NCBI RefSeq assembly: GCF_036321535.1
Contig: NC_087437.1
Span: forward strand, 68,636,001 to 68,700,000
Direction: 5' to 3'
DNA length: 64,000 nt
From: Camelus dromedarius
Taxonomy: Eukaryota
The position numbers and the translations under genes are program-made. Of this stretch, positions 1-13,130 are shown in pieces (the first letter of the stretch is position 1; every line of letters starts with the position of its first letter). The notes below the pieces were generated by a model. The model saw nothing but the letters and a program-made list of their open reading frames with translations, made no database searches and had not been told where the DNA came from.

Positions 1-2633
1 GCTCCTCATATCCCATTCATGGAGATTCCCAAGCACTAGTTCATCCATTAAATCAGGGCCATGGCCTCAAGTTTACTTTCTGGATTTCTGAATTTGGTGA
101 TCCAGGAGTGTCTTGGCAGTGATGTGGGTTAAGGGAGAGAACATGGGTTTTGCGTTAGTTGCTAAGTGATTACGTCGCCTTCAGCTTTCCCTCTTGAATT
201 CCCATCAGGACATTTGGCTCCATCCTTAGCTCTGAAACACAGATTTCCTGCCCTTTATTGCTCCCCTACTTTGTGACTTCCAGATAACATTACTCCATTC
301 CTCAAGCAATTATTGAACACTTTCTGTATGCTCGATGCAACGCTAGGTTGAACCTTCCTCAAATCTCTGAAAAATCATGGTCTTTTTTTTCCTTCTAATT
401 CCCAGTTGCATCTTCTTAGCCCTAAAGGTCTCTGAAACCCAGCACATTGTTCTCTCAGATTCTTGCCAGATAAATTATTTAAAAATTCTCGATCTGGGAA
501 CATACCATCCTCATCATGACTGCTGAGTGAACAGCATATTTTGGAGGAAAACTAGTTCTCAAAGATCTTTTCCTACAAAAACTCCAAGTAGGCTCTTGTT
601 ATGTGAAGATAAGATGAAGTGGGAAGAAGGAGAAATTGCTACTAAATATTAATTCAGAGTCTGGCTCCAGTTTGCATAAGAACTCAGCTGTTTTCTGTCC
701 TGTTTCCCAGAAATCAATGAAGCAAAGTATCTCAGGATTGTCCTACTGACTAACTGGAATGAGCCAGAGTAGAGACCATGACCCAGGGACCAAGTCAATG
801 TCACTTTTAGTCAGAGGACAGCAAAGCACATTCCAGAGACATGCTACTATGTGCTGCTAAGATTAAAGAAAACTCAAGTCCTAAAAATTCATGGAGGAAG
901 ATGATTTTTAATGAAGATTTGTGTTTTTATTGGTGATTGATTACTGACCCAATTCATGAGGAGCCAGAACTTAGCTGCTAAGGAAAATGAGGAGACAAGC
1001 AAAAGCGTAACAGTATAAAATATTGTCCAAAATCACCTGAAGGGAAAATATTTTTAATCACAGAATTAAAATTGGATTAATTGTGTGTATTATTTTTAAT
1101 TACATATGCCAGCTTTTGGTATCGTGGTTCACAGAAGTTGGAGTCTTATAACAATTAAGCCAAAAAAAAATGTAGAAATGGCCCCTGACAAACCAGAATG
1201 AACAGTCTTTAGCCTGAATTATCTCGGCCATCTTGTATTTCTTGTAACTCTAAAAGTCAAACATTGAACCATATCTTGTAACTTGTACACTTTGGGGTGC
1301 CTGCGTGTGTGTGCTTGTCTTAGTCAGCTTCTTGTTACTGATGCCCAGAGGAAGAATAAGTGGTTTGAGAAGCAAGAGTGATATAGTACATCTCTCTTTG
1401 CTCTACCACAGTGAAGCTCTGTCAGCCTACACGGGAACTCTCTGAGCCTCAGTCTCCATATCTCTATTGTCTTGGAAACCCATCAATGTTCAGGGTATTT
1501 CAACTCCACATACCTATAAATGTGGTTCTATTTCAATAGGAGCCTGTCTTTCACTATCAGACTTTCCCACCTACTCATATGTAGCTGGGAAATATATAAA
1601 CTGAATGATAGAAATATAGTCACAATTTCCTCTTCTCTCTCCTCCAGGCTGTCGTTGGGGCAACAGCCCACAGGTGTCTGAAGTTTATTTGTTTTGTTTT
1701 GTTTGTTGTTCAAATGGGGAAATAGGATAAGGAGCAGAATTAAAAAGAGCCAAAAAAAGGAGAGATTGATTTAACAATCACAGCTTAAAGTGCTGTGGAA
1801 GAGGACTGGAGTATCAGGATGAGAGGGACGAATCAGCAAACTGATCACCCAGGGCTGGAGACTGCGGTGTGGAGGAGAGAGGAGCGTACTTTGTTAGTTG
1901 GATTGTTTGGAGAAACTGCTTGGAGGACTTCTTATCCTGAAAAGAATCTTCTGGCCATCTTTTGGATTCTCTCTTGTCAACACTTGAAATATTTTAATAA
2001 TAACTGAGATGTCTTTTCAGTGTTTCTTAGATACTGTTTGACTCTAGCCTCATGTTGAAAGGGACAAGAGGCAGCCCATGTTATTAGAGTGCATAAAGAT
2101 ATGATGTATAATGTTTAAGTTCTGATTCCCATGAAATCTTGTTCAGTTCCTTAATGACCATCCATGCTGCTTCAGCCACTCTGGCACCAGAAAATTTGTT
2201 ACATGACTTTATCCCTTTTCTAGTGGCATCACATCACACTTGCAGTGGCAAAGACTTTCCTACTTCTCATTTTGGTATCTTCTATGCCTTCACCACTAGG
2301 TGATGGCATTGGGCTCACTCAGGCACTAAAGCTGAAAGATGACAGCTCCAGGGCAGAGAATACCAGTGAGCTGAGTGCATTTTATTTCACAACAGTGCAG
2401 AGTCTGGGAGGTCGGCCGAGGAAGCAGTGCGGGTGTCTCATGACAATAGCTACAGTAATCTTTTGCACACATGCACACGTGCAGCAGGTCACTGACCAGA
2501 GTGTAGGTCTTATTCTAGTCAGCCTTTCTTTAAATAAAAGAGTCTCAGATGTCACCATGGGGAAGGCAGATTTTACAGAGATGGACATGGGGTCAAATAT
2601 CCTACAGACTAGGGGTTCTCTGCGTCTGTTTCT

Positions 2634-2845
2634 ATAATACTTGACACTTTCGAGCACTCATATATTATTTGATTTGATCCTCTTTACAACTTTGTGAAGC
2701 AGACAAGGTAAGAACCATGGCCCCAGATGAGGAGTCAGGCTTAAAAAGGTTAAGTTAGTTGCCAAAGACAAATAGCCTCTGTGAAAGGGTCCATAGTAGG
2801 ACTCTGGACTTTGGATTAGAGTCCATTTCTCTATCAACTCTAAGA
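2634..2845 (-). mobile_element. MIR SINE fragment
   Basis: Resembles the reverse-complemented MIR core (atttgatcctc...cagatgaggag...aggttaagttagtttgccaaag); degraded. Confidence 0.65.
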
Positions 2846-3637
2846 TGCTCTCTCTGGGTAAGTCTGGCCGAGGTTAGAACCACTGCTTAGTGTTTGACTG
2901 GGCTTTGTAGTCAGTGATCACAGAGGGTCATTTGATCTCTTTGCTAGGGTTGGCTGTTTTCAAGTTCACAGTCCTTTCATCAAGGGCCAGTCCAGAAAAT
3001 TCAGAGATAAGGAAAAACCAAACGTTTCTTTAAGAACTTACTTACCTGGAATATATACCATTTAATTGCAATATATTCAGAAGAATTTGTTTATCTAGAT
3101 CACAGCTCATTAATGAGTAAGAATAATTATCCCTAGTTTACAAATGGGGAAAGCAAGGCATAGAACATTGCTCGAATCCGCTATTAGCTGTTTTCTTCCT
3201 TCCATACTCTAATTACCTCCATCACATTCTTGTTATGTAACTTTTGGGGGGAAGAATACACTGATTCAGGTGGACTATATAGTACAGCCAGTTAAATCCA
3301 ATTGTCTATGTTTGGTGATGGTATTCACTGCAGTCAACATGTAAGCCTTGAACATATTATTTGGTTACAAAATTTGAAGAAGTATTAATTTCTTATTTTG
3401 AAGAGATGATAAATAAGCTTTTGGTTCAGTGCCTTTTTCAAAATTATTTATTTGGGAGTAGAACCTCTATTTGGGGAAAATCATTATTGGAGTTCCCTTG
3501 TCTCTTGACTAAACTTAGGATATCTATGAAACAGTACATTCAATATATGTTTGAGTCACAGTAATTCTTCTGTTTGTCGAAACATTTCTTACCTAGCTAT
3601 GGCTTATTTCTTTTCTCTGTCCACTTTATCTCAAATT

Positions 3638-3820
3638 CTTTTTTTTTTTTTTAATTTGTATTGAAGTATAGTCAGTTACAATGTGTCAATTTCTGGTCTA
3701 CAGCATAATGTTTCAGTCATACATATATATACATATAGTTGTTTTCATATTCTTTTTTATTCTAGGTTACTACTATATTAAATATAGTTCCCTGTGCTAT
3801 ACAGAAGTCAATTTTTTTTT
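3638..3820 (-). mobile_element. L1 3' end, 5'-truncated
   Basis: PolyT followed by attgaagtatagtcagttacaatgtgtcaatt...tatagttccctgtgctatacag; same motif set as the copy at 45393-45910. Confidence 0.85.
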
Positions 3821-4310
3821 GATCTATCAAAAAACCTATGATCATTGAGGTCCATATTACTCTCCACCCAAAAGCCAGGGAGATAAAACAGTCAAGCTCT
3901 AGAGCTGCATGCCACAGGGTAAGAAATAAGAGAATTTGATATCTGTCTTTACATCCTGGGCAACTACTACGTTGTTAAGGTTTCTCTAGTCATTCATTTC
4001 GCAGTGCACCAATTTCCTGTCTATAGAACAAGAAGGAGATTCTTCTTGAAGAAGAGTTGTGAAGATAAACAAGATAAACAGTTCAGCCTGTGTTGGAACT
4101 GTAAGTTCATGGAGAGCAAGTGGTTGAAAGAACATTGACTTCGCACATTTGAAGCAAATAAATACCATAAAAATTTCATTTAGAGAATAAACTTCTCAAG
4201 ATGAGGGAGATAAATATATATATATATATATACACACATATTTACTTCTCCTTTCTTAGAATATAATATTATAATATATACTCATTATATATTAGAATAT
4301 AATAATATTT

Positions 4311-4497
4311 GTTACTATATATAAAATAGATAAACAACAAAGACCTACTGTATAACACAGGAAACTATATTCAATTTCTTATGATAACGTATAATGGAAA
4401 AAAAATCTGAAAAAAAAAATGTATGTATATATGTAACTGAATTGCTTTGTGGTACACCTGAAACTAACATTGTAAATCAACTATACTTCAATAAGAA
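4311..4497 (+). mobile_element. L1 3' UTR fragment
   Basis: ataaacaacaaagacctactgtataacacaggaaactatattcaa...acacctgaaactaacattgtaaatcaactatacttcaataa, typical artiodactyl L1 3' end. Confidence 0.85.
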
Positions 4498-4789
4498 ACA
4501 TATATTTTAATTCTAATATGAAAAAAATAATTTCCACTACACAGATAAAAAAAGAACATAATATGTATGAACTCATTGGGAGTAATTTCTGGAAAACTTT
4601 TCTCCAGGTATCCTTGAGTATTTAAACTATTAAATGTTACAGGGCTGTGGCCTCCACGTTGTATCATTCGGCAATGGTAGTTATTGTTCTCTTCTGAGTG
4701 GCCTGTGGTCATGGTCCCCTGTGAAATGCCAGCCCACCTCAGACTACACTGCAAGGTAAAAGTGCAGCTTCAGAGGTGGTCAAAATCTG

Positions 4790-5005
4790 GGAGGCAAAGT
4801 AGACAGCACTATAGAGTCAACATAGTGGGTTCTAATTTCATTCCTTCATTTTCTCACATAGGACAAATCATATAATCCCTTAGGACTCAATTCCTTCACC
4901 TATAAAATGATATAATAATATCTACATCCACAGTCTGTTATAACAGTGGGCAGAGCAATAATATTCAAAAGAGCTTTTCACAGAGGAAGCACTCAATAAG
5001 AATGT
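4790..5005 (+). mobile_element. MIR SINE
   Basis: ctcaattccttcacctataaaatga...gcactcaataa, MIR core and tail. Confidence 0.65.
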
Positions 5006-5351
5006 ATGGAATTAGCTGTGTTAGTTACTGTGACGAGTTCTGTCTAAGGGCTATCGAGGAATTTTTACAATCGTGAAAGTACTTTTCCCAAACTCCATTC
5101 TGTAGAATATGATCATCCCTTTAGTTGTTAATAGGCTTTACATAAAAATAAAGAATTTCATAGTCAAATAAGCTTGAGGAGATCCTATTGTAGAGTCACA
5201 AAATGCGCACTAGCATGCTCAAGTCATTAAAAGTCTTATTATTTAAAAAAGTCCATAGTAATCCAAATTTTTAGCAAACTTATTTTGTCAGAGAATCCAT
5301 TCTCACAGAATGTTTACTAAGTTCTTCTAGAATGTATTTTGGAAGATATTG

Positions 5352-5525
5352 TCATAGAATTTTAGGATTTAAGAGGTCATAGAAATTATCTTGTTCAAAT
5401 CCCATTTCTTTTTATGGGTGGGGATGCTGGAGTTCGCAAAGGTTGAGGAACTTATCCAAGTTGCACCACTTATCTTTGGCAGATTCCAGATCAAAACAGA
5501 TCGATACTCTTTCCACTGTACTACC
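5352..5525 (-). mobile_element. MIR/MIR3 SINE fragment
   Basis: tcatagaattttagg...atcttgttcaaatcc...aaaggttgaggaacttatccaag. Confidence 0.55.
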
Positions 5526-7531
5526 TACTATGGATCTCGATTAACTCTCCCTTGGCTCATCATCAGCCATTCATCAAGGGTCTTTTGAACAGTGGTCTAT
5601 ATCTATTCCTCTATCCTTCTGTAGTGAGATCCTCAACATTTGAGCCCAGTGACCCATTTTTCCACCTACATCCATGAGCATGTGGAGGCAGCAGCATGCC
5701 TCTGACTGAGTGAAGAAATAGCTAGTTCTAAACACTAGTTCAGTCAACTAGATCCAACTAATCTCAACTCCTCTGGGCAAGTGTTTATTGATTCCCTATT
5801 CATAGTAGCACAGTAAGAAATCCCAAACTGAGGAAGACCTAGTCCTTAAGAAATCTAAACCAAAAAGCCACGTTCAGAGTCTTCAGGCAGTTTTATGAGC
5901 TTCTTAGTGATCTGCACCAAGCCTGTTAGGCTTAGAAATACAGATTTCTTGTATATATAGGACAGAGATGAATATTTATAGCAATGCCATAATATACACC
6001 CCACAGCAAAATGCACAAAAACACCACAATTTTTAGATTAAATGTCTTCTCACAGTAATTATCACTGCCTCCTTCTAATTTTTTGTGTTCTGTTTCATCT
6101 TCTGAAATAGAATTTTAAGACTTCTTGAGATCAGGAGCTTTGTCCATACCCATCTTCACATAAAGAGGTTTAAAATATACTTGCTTTTTTATATTATGTG
6201 AAGTTCAACTGCATGGTTAAAACCGTATTTGCATGGGTGAGAGAGAAAGGGAAGATTCAGAACTAAAACCTGCCACCATTCATGAGGAAAACAGATTAAT
6301 TAAACCCAATGTAGAGGGGTTCTCCTCTTGAAAACACACTTTATGACCCATTTGAATGACAACTCTCAGCACATTAGTTGTTTAAATTAGAAACATAAAC
6401 CATAGATCTGAATAATACCTCACTCTTATCTAAATAATTTAGTTTACTATTTTCTTTATGTAAAAATAAGCCCTGAAGTGGCATGCCTCTGTGAAATTGA
6501 AGAAAAAGCTGCTACCTTACAGATGACAGACAAATAAATGCATTTACCGTTGCTGACCAGTTGAGTTCAGTCACGTTAGGGCACAGATGGCTGTCTTAAA
6601 GTTACTCTTGGATTCTAAATTGCCACTGGCTGGAATAATAATTTATTGTTTGCTGAAAAAAAGTTTTCTAGCACTCAGATTCTGGTACTAGTATGTAATA
6701 ATATACATAGAGCAGAGTATGCACTCAAGCATTCAACTAAACATATAAACAAATCATTTTGTGGGAATAATCTCATCACTGCCTAATTCAGAAGATTATA
6801 ATGGCTCCCAATACTCATCCCTCCAGTTCCTTAAGCTCATTCTCCTTAGATCATCCATTGATTTCCCCAAAACGCATTGAATAAAAATAGTTTATGGGAA
6901 ATATTTATTTAAAATATTTATTATTTTTAACTTAAAATGGATATGTTATGCACTGAAAATTAAGCATATATTTTGAATTTCAGTTATTATTGGGACTCTC
7001 AAAAATGTCTGGCAATTGGGTAGGGATGAAGCATTTATCTAGATAAGAAGTAGGTATGGTAATTAAAAACAGGGGAGAAGTGAACTAACAGGATGAAGGG
7101 AACAAAGAGAGAACTGCTCCAGAAAACAGTAGAATTAAGAAGAGATTTCTCTGAAAGACAAGAAAAAATGCTCCTAGTGAATATGAAAAATGATGATGAG
7201 ATACTGCACCTCTTAGGAATTAGCATGAGTTTATAAGTATTTAAGCTTTATGTCTTTCAGTGCGTCTTTTACCTCTCACACTTTTGCTCTAAATTCATCT
7301 TCCTTGACTTCAAAAACCATAGCTAAATTAGTTGACAGACGTATGTGTGTTTTAAGAAATATTTTTCCCATTCAATTACACACCCTTTAAGTTCAAACGT
7401 AGTCTTTATTCTCACTTGTATTCATGGCAGCATTAACTGTGTCATTTGGTACTCAGCAGCTACTTAACAGATTTTGTCTGATTCTTAATCTCCACTATTG
7501 AACTAAAAGCTAAATAAGTATTTGGCTAATT

Positions 7532-7909
7532 TTCTATGGACTGCATGGTTGTGTCTCCTGTCAAATTCACATGTAGAAGTCCAAATCACCAGTATGCTGG
7601 TATTTAGAGGTGGGTCGTTGAGAGATACTTTGGTTTAAGTGAAGTTATGAGGATGGAGCCCCCATTATGGGATTAATGCCCTTACAGAAAGAGGAGAGGA
7701 CACCAGATCTCCCCCTCTCTACTATGTAAGGATACATCTGGAGGGCAGCTGCCTACAAATCAGAAAGCGATCTCCCACTAGACAATGAATCTGCCAGCAC
7801 CTTCATCTTATACTTTAGCCTCCAGATCTTCCGGATCGATGAGAAATAAACATTTCACCACCTAGTTTATGGTATTATTTTTTAATAGCAGTCCAAACTG
7901 ACTGAGACA
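7532..7909 (+). mobile_element. MLT1A-like ERVL-MaLR solo LTR
   Basis: Starts (t)tctatggactg, with internal gatggagccccc, aatgaatctgccagcacctt and gagaaataaa; ends tagcagtccaaactgactgagaca; about 380 bp, as expected for MLT1A-type LTRs. Confidence 0.85.
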
Positions 7910-9554
7910 GTAATGTTATTCTTAAATGTCACTTTTCCTATATGAAAGAGCCAGACATCTTACTTAGCAGCTAGGCTCACTGAAACAACCTATGTTCCTT
8001 TATTATAGTGTTTCCTGAAACATCATCATTTTATGTTTTCTATACTGTTCTATAGAATTCTTAAATTTCTAAGACATTGTGTCTTGTGCCATTAAATTAT
8101 GTCCATTTTAAATACTCAAAAAATCCTTCATTAGAGCCAAAAAATATTACACCCAACATACCGAGGGTGATTATGAATTGTCAAGCTTACGAGTTTTCGA
8201 GAGGTGCCCTTATGAGATAAGTTTAATTAAGCAAGGCATTCTATTAATCATTTCTAATTACTCATGCAAATCACAGACACTCTGGCCTGTGGTTTAATAG
8301 CCTGATTTGATCCCAAATGCAGCTGATGTCTGTGGCCCAATGGGTATTTCAATGAATGTGTCTTCACTGATCTTGTTACTCTATCTAGATGTGATAATTG
8401 TCAGAAAAACCACAGCTTGATTTGTTAGGCCTTACAAGTGTTTTAATTGCTGAATTAAAGAGGCAAAGGTAAAAGGATGCAAGAAAAGGTTGTGTTACTA
8501 CATGTAGCAGTACCGCTCATCAGGGCACACACACCTTCCTGGCTCTAGGGGCACTACCCAGGGCACTAGCCCAGAGACCCATGCTTTTTACTTCCTAGAT
8601 ACAGTTTCTATTTACTACACGTGTGATGCTGATGAAAGATACTATCTTCAGTTTTAGCATCATCAGTAACGTAAATGAATAAGACACATAGAAGATCACC
8701 ACGCTTGTTCAGCTTGACTCCAGATTTCTTCTCTATAGCAGTGGTTCATAATTCAAGTATGAGGTCAAAAGATGCAGCCTCTTTACCCCTCTCTAGTCCA
8801 AATTGCTTGAGAAAATCTATAATGGCAAGAAGATCATGTATTTATTTCTAAAATAATTTGTAATTTACAATCTATACATTTTGAGACATAATGAAATATA
8901 CATATTCATTTTTTTTCCTGCCTACTGTTTATTCACTCTAAAGGGAATGCTTGGTGGGCATATACATTTTAGTATTGCCTTGTAATGATTTCACAACTCC
9001 TTAGGGCATTTATCCTATAGGTTAAGACCTCTGTCCTTTTTTTTGTTCTAGGGCAAATTTGGATCTGTTTTAATCTTCTTATTTAGATGGAAATATTGAA
9101 ATCTCAGTACACCAAGGAAAAATGAAATAAATCTCTGTCCCCACCTGCTTCCCAGTGCAGTGAAATTTTCCCTCAATCTTCATAGCCAACCCAGATAAGC
9201 CTGAGATGCTGGGCACAGCTTCAAGCTCCCTCCCCCAAGCCCTTCTCTTCTCAGAAGGCTCCTGCTTTAAAATCTCTATCTCAGTGTCTCCTTGGACACT
9301 CCCATTATCAAAATCTGCTGTCACAAACTATCTTGCTAAATCAATTTGTACTAAGGTATGAAGGACAGATAAGGTTATATTTGCATTTGAATAGCAATCA
9401 TTGTGTTTCACTAAAGGGATTAGGATCTGACCTGGAATTTTAGGCCTCAGCAAATAGATGACAAGAGGACCAATTGAAGGAAATTGAACCTTCCTAGTAC
9501 CTATGAAATCACACTGAATGTGTCTTCACTTATTCACTCACCAGAGAAAGTGTG

Positions 9555-9810
9555 ACCTGGCAGTTAAAGACCTAGGTTCTAGGGCCAGACTGCTTGAGTT
9601 TATATTCTGTCTCAGGCACTTTTCTTATTTGTGTGACTCTGAGCATGTTTCTTAGTTGTCCTATGCCTCAGATACCCATCCATGAAAATGGGATGAGGAT
9701 AATCGAATAATAGTGTCTCCCTTGCACAACTGTGGGTTGTGAGCATCCACGTGCCTGTGGAGTGCTTAGAAAATGCCACACAACTGGTTAGTGCTCAGTA
9801 TCTGTTTGAT
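9555..9810 (+). mobile_element. MIR SINE
   Basis: gccagactgcttgagtt...tgtgtgactctgagc...tgcctcag...aaaatgggatga...gtgcttagaa...gtgctcagta. Confidence 0.75.
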
Positions 9811-10219
9811 AAACAAATATGAGAAAGACAGGCCTTGATTCCTTATGGTGTTTCTATCAGGAATAAGGTCTAAGTCCCTGAAGATGTCTTAGTTATTCCT
9901 GGGGACTCGACGAGGAAACTGGGTAACTGATTAAGGTAGATGATGCAGACAAGTGGATACTTGAAAGATACTTTTAAAAGTATATCCCAGTTTGAAGGAC
10001 ATCCAAAGGGAAAGGACAAATGTCAGTGTGGGGGGAACAAAAAGTTTTCTTAAATACGAATTAAAGAATCCTTAAACCATAGTCCTTGATGACCGTGAGT
10101 AAAAACTGCAAAACAGTCCAATGGATGTTAACATTGTACTTACTAAACTCGTAATTTCCACTTTTCTGCCTTCTCATCTTCCCATTTCCCCCCTTATTTT
10201 GTTCTTTGATTCATTCCAC

Positions 10220-10655
10220 AATTACTGTTTGGACAACAAAAGGAGGAACAAGTTGGCAGGGAGGTGGGGTAGATAAAGAGCTCAGATTTGTTTGGACACC
10301 TGGGTTTGAGTTGCCTGTTGAACAGTCACTTGAGTATGTTCTGCTGTTGAAGAATTCAGCGTCTGAGCTCAAAGGGAGATAAATACTCAAGATAGAAACG
10401 AGATACATCAGTGTATAAATGGGAGTTAAAGATAGGCTTCCCCATTAGAGAGAGCGTAGATTGAAGGAAGGGTTAAAGAGAGATCCTGGAGAAGTGCTAA
10501 TCACCAGTTTTAATGGCGAGAGTAGAAGAGGAACCAGTGAAGAAAAGTAAGATAGGATAAAAGCTAGGAGAAGAACTCGAAGTATTTGCTCATGGAATGC
10601 AAAAAGAAATTGTATTGCTAAGAGAAGTTGAAGTATTGAAGCTATTCTGTTAAGA
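10220..10655 (-). mobile_element. L2 LINE fragment (continues about 11390-11530)
   Basis: Purine-rich reverse L2 motifs (tttggaca...gagttgcctgt...tctgagctcaaagggaga...catcagtgtataaatg); resumes after the L1 insertion. Confidence 0.65.
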
Positions 10656-10663
10656 CAAGGGCT

Positions 10664-11389
10664 AAACTTCCAGTTGCAAAATAAATGAGTCCCAGGTATG
10701 AAATGTACAGTGTGGGTGATATAGCCAATAACTGGGTAATATCCTTGTCTGATGACATCAGAGCTAGCCTTATAGTGGTGATCATTTTGAAATGTATAGA
10801 AATATTGAATCACTATGTTGTGTACCAGGAACTAACATAGTGTTGTAGGCCAATTATATTTCAAAAGCAAATGAACAAACTCATGGAAAAAGAGATCAGA
10901 ATTTGTGGTTACTAGAGGTGAGGGGTAATTGGATGAAGGTAGTGAAGAGTTACAAACTTTTGGAGGGAGGGTATAGCTTAGTGATAGAGGACTTGCTTAG
11001 CATTCATGAGGTCCTGGGTTCCATCCCCAGTACCTCCATCAAGTAAGTAGACACGTGAACCTAATCACCTCCCCCACCAAAAAAAGAGGAAAATGTTACA
11101 AACTTCCAGTTATAAGATGAATAAGTACTAGGGATGTAATGTACAACATGGCAAATATAATATAACTGCTTTATGTTACATACAAAGGTTCTCACACAAG
11201 GAATTTTTATTTTCAAATTTATTTAATTTTCTATCTATAGGAGATAATGGATGTTCACTAAACTTACTGTGATAATCATTTCATAATGTATGTAAGTGAA
11301 GTCTTACAGCATATGTATTGTGCTGTACACCTTAAATTTACACAGTGCTCTATGTCAATAATATCTCAATAAAACTGGAAGGGAAGAAA
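10664..11389 (+). mobile_element. L1 3' UTR (L1MA9-like), interrupted by a SINE
   Basis: aaacttccagtt...gatgtaatgtacaacatg...gctgtacaccttaaatttacacagtg...atctcaataaaactggaa; imperfect TSD aagacaagggct (10652) / acgataaggact (11390). Confidence 0.8.
10960..11094 (+). mobile_element. tRNA-Ala-derived camelid SINE (vic-1-like)
   Basis: ggagggtatagcttagtgatagag...cttAGCat...gaggtcctgggttccatccccagtacctcca with A and B boxes; TSD gttacaaactt at 10949-10959 and 11095-11105. Confidence 0.9.
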
Positions 11390-12190
11390 ACGATAAGGAC
11401 TGAACTGTCTGTGGGTTTTGCAGTGAGGTCATCTTGATGCCAAAATGGTTTCAGAAAAGTGGTTTAAGTGAAAGCCAGATTTCAATGAGCTGAAGAGTGA
11501 ACTGGATGTTAGGAAGTCAAGAAGGTGAGCTCTGCAGAGAAAGAAAAATGAAAGTCTCAGTAGTTTGGGTTAAAATGCCATTTACTGTCTAAACCATTGT
11601 GTTTTCATTGTTTCAAAGGCCTGCCTTTTTCTGAGGCTGTAGTTCCAACAGTGTGACTCTATCCACCCAAATTTTGATTCCATAATCTTCTTCCCCCAGG
11701 AGAGACTTAAAGAGACGTAAGTTCAGTGGAACAATTATCTGACAGGTAGAGGCCACATTAACCTGTAATTAGGGATGTCCTGGAAAAGCTGGTGAGCAGA
11801 ATCAAGTTTCAGTTTTAGCAGTAGGATCATGATAGGAGACATGTACAGAGGTCTAATTAAAAAGAGCAATGATAATTGAGGAGATAATGGGTAACAGAAT
11901 ATACAAAAGAGGGGAAACATAGATCTTTTTTAAAGTCTCCAAATTTAATGGAGTTAAGAAGGAAGAAGAGCTAGTGGCAAGTCTCTGTCACAGACTGTGG
12001 GGCAGAAGCAATCAGAGGGACAGGAGAACTAGAATAGTGTGGCACAACAGAAACCACGGGATGAGGGTGACTCAGACACGTGCGGGATGAAGGACACACG
12101 GGAAACAGCAGTGAGGTCAAGGAGAGATGGATGAGAAAATCTATTTGTTTCTTCCTCTCTCAACAAACACACACAAATATATAATATATG

Positions 12191-12245
12191 AATATAATAT
12201 AATATAATATAATATAATATAATATAATATAATATAATATAATAT
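12191..12245 (+). repeat. (AATAT)11 pentanucleotide microsatellite
   Basis: Perfect tandem aatat units read directly. Confidence 0.95.
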
Positions 12246-12449
12246 ACATGTATATATATATGTATCACATTTACTGAGTTATAACTCATCACAGATCATG
12301 CAATTCACACATTTAAAGTGCATGATTCAATGGTTTTAAAATATATTTACAGCTGTGTAACTCTCACCAATCAGTTTTTCTTTGCAATGAGATTATTACT
12401 GCCAACCTTGAGAAAAGCAATTTCATGGGAATAAATGGGATGGGACAGT

Positions 12450-13130
12450 TATCCAAAAATTAAGAAACAGTGAGACCAGAAACTGGAAGAAATTATTTGC
12501 AAAAGACTTACCTAGTAAAAGGCTATTATCCAAAATAAACAAAGAACGCAAAATTCAATAGTAAAACAAACAAACAAACGAAAAACCGGATGAAAAAATA
12601 GGCAAAAAACCTGAGCAGACACTTTACCAAAAAAGCTGTACAAATGACAGGTAAGCATATGAAAAGATGCTCAACATTATATGTCACTAGAGAATTGCAA
12701 ATTAAAGCAATGCAATACCTCTACAAACCTATTAGAATGACAAAAATCCAAAACATTGCCAACACCAAATTCTGGCAAGGATGTGGTGCAATAGGAACTC
12801 TCATTCTCTGCTGATTAGAATGCAGAATGGTACAGCCATTTTGGAAGACAGTTTGGCAGTTTCTTACAAAACTAAACATAGTCTTACCATACAATCCAGC
12901 AATTATGCCCCTTGGTATAATGAGTTGAAAACTTATGTCCACACAAAAATCTGCACATGGATGTTTGTAGCAGCTTTATTCATAGCTGCCCAAATTTTGA
13001 AGCAACCAAGAGGTCCCTGAGTAGTTGAATGAATAAATACTGTGGTACATCCAGACAATGGAATATTATTAAGTGCTAAAAAGAAATGAGCTATCAAGTC
13101 ATAGAAAGTCAGGGAGAAAACTTAAATGAA
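12450..13130 (+). mobile_element. L1MC-like ORF2 3' region, left part
   Basis: aagcatatgaaaagatgctcaacat...ggtacagccattttggaagacagtttggcagtttct...atggaatattattaagtgctaaaaagaaatga. Confidence 0.85.

Noticed and set aside
3040..3160. Perfect minus-strand donor CAG|GTAAGT at 3046/3045
   Set aside because: Only a weak, MIR-like acceptor lies upstream; an isolated consensus donor is common by chance.
7821..7840. Polylinker-like run agatcttccggatcgat
   Set aside because: Explained as a 9-nt tandem duplication (tccagatct/tccggatcg) inside the MLT1A LTR; no flanking vector sequence.
8353..9530. Exact 16-nt direct repeat tgaatgtgtcttcact at 8353 and 9515
   Set aside because: One such match is plausible by chance in 64 kb of AT-rich DNA, and there is no single element between the copies.
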